A stretch of 64,000 nucleotides of DNA, from the NCBI GenBank assembly GCA_963799265.1, contig CAWCWM010000016.1, positions 66,260-130,259 of the forward strand. The letters run 5' to 3'. Position 1 is the stretch's first letter, and each line of letters starts with the position of its first letter. The notes under the pieces are model-generated. The model was not told the DNA's origin, did no database searches, and was given only the letters and a program-made list of their open reading frames with translations. Below are positions 63,598-64,000 of this stretch, piece after piece. The translations under genes were made by a program, and so were the position numbers. Source of the DNA: an uncultured cyanobacterium. Lineage in GTDB: Bacteria > Cyanobacteriota > Cyanobacteriia > Phormidesmidales > Phormidesmidaceae.

Positions 63598-63908
63598 TCA
63601 ACTCCGCTTTATGTCACTGTCATTCCTGCCCACGCGGACTTGACTGATCACAGAAATCGGCTTATGTTCTTTAGCTAAGGTGTTGATGCCAATCACGCCT
63701 GTTTTTCAGAACTCACTTGACTGAAGCGCCATCGGTAAGTGCTACCAACACCTACCGACGGCTAGGCTGACAAACTGAACCAGGCAGTCTGTAGCTTAAG
63801 GGTCACTGTACCTTAGCTACTCCGATTTGCAATACATTTTGCAGCGTTGCTAAGGTCATCTGAGTTCTGGTTTCCTCGTTCATTTGTCTTATTGGAGACC
63901 AGACACTC

Positions 63909-64000
63909 ATGTTTATTCCCTTCATTCAGGGCGCTGCGGCGTCCACAGAGTCAGCTGCCGAGACTTCTCCCTCATCGGTCATTCCTTCGTCCACATCACC
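63909..64000 (+). CDS. 3'-partial hypothetical protein (MFIPFIQGAAAST...)
   Basis: ATG preceded by ggag; open to the window end. Confidence 0.45.
   Translation, partial: MFIPFIQGAAASTESAAETSPSSVIPSSTS

Noticed and set aside
63765-63870. NiCo (czcD) riboswitch, suggested by CAAACTGA-CCAGGC near a CDF gene
   Set aside because: It is on the opposite strand from the CDF gene and >500 nt away, and the other conserved NiCo segments I recall are not evident.

Overview
Chromosomal window from a filamentous or marine cyanobacterium (Leptolyngbya/Synechococcus PCC 7335-like by gene content; dense HIP1 GCGATCGC octamers). From left to right: (1) a general-stress/osmotic island (PRC-barrel-DUF2382, CsbD-like, DUF2294, DUF2267, three MscS channels); (2) a decayed copper-resistance cluster; (3) ordinary core genes (GntR, NCS2 permease, two hybrid kinases, mutS2, DUF790/Bax1-like nuclease, GST-omega, fetB, ABC1 kinase); (4) an accessory block with toxin-antitoxin remnants, two glycosyltransferases and a ~7.9-kb type I PKS (KS-AT-DH-ER-KR-ACP) fused to a PLP-dependent alpha-oxoamine synthase, the best candidate for an undescribed system (sphingoid-like amino-lipid, possibly glycosylated); (5) a long inverted-repeat element, two 21-nt-periodic arrays, a multi-GAF pseudokinase, pyrD, a GGDEF protein and an internally deleted CDF transporter. 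A 3.1-kb tandem duplication and many homopolymer frameshifts at 40-52 kb suggest local assembly or consensus errors, so the broken PKS should not be assumed to be a pseudogene. I found no tRNA, rRNA, CRISPR array or intact transposase. All family assignments come from motif recognition and recall, not from database searches.
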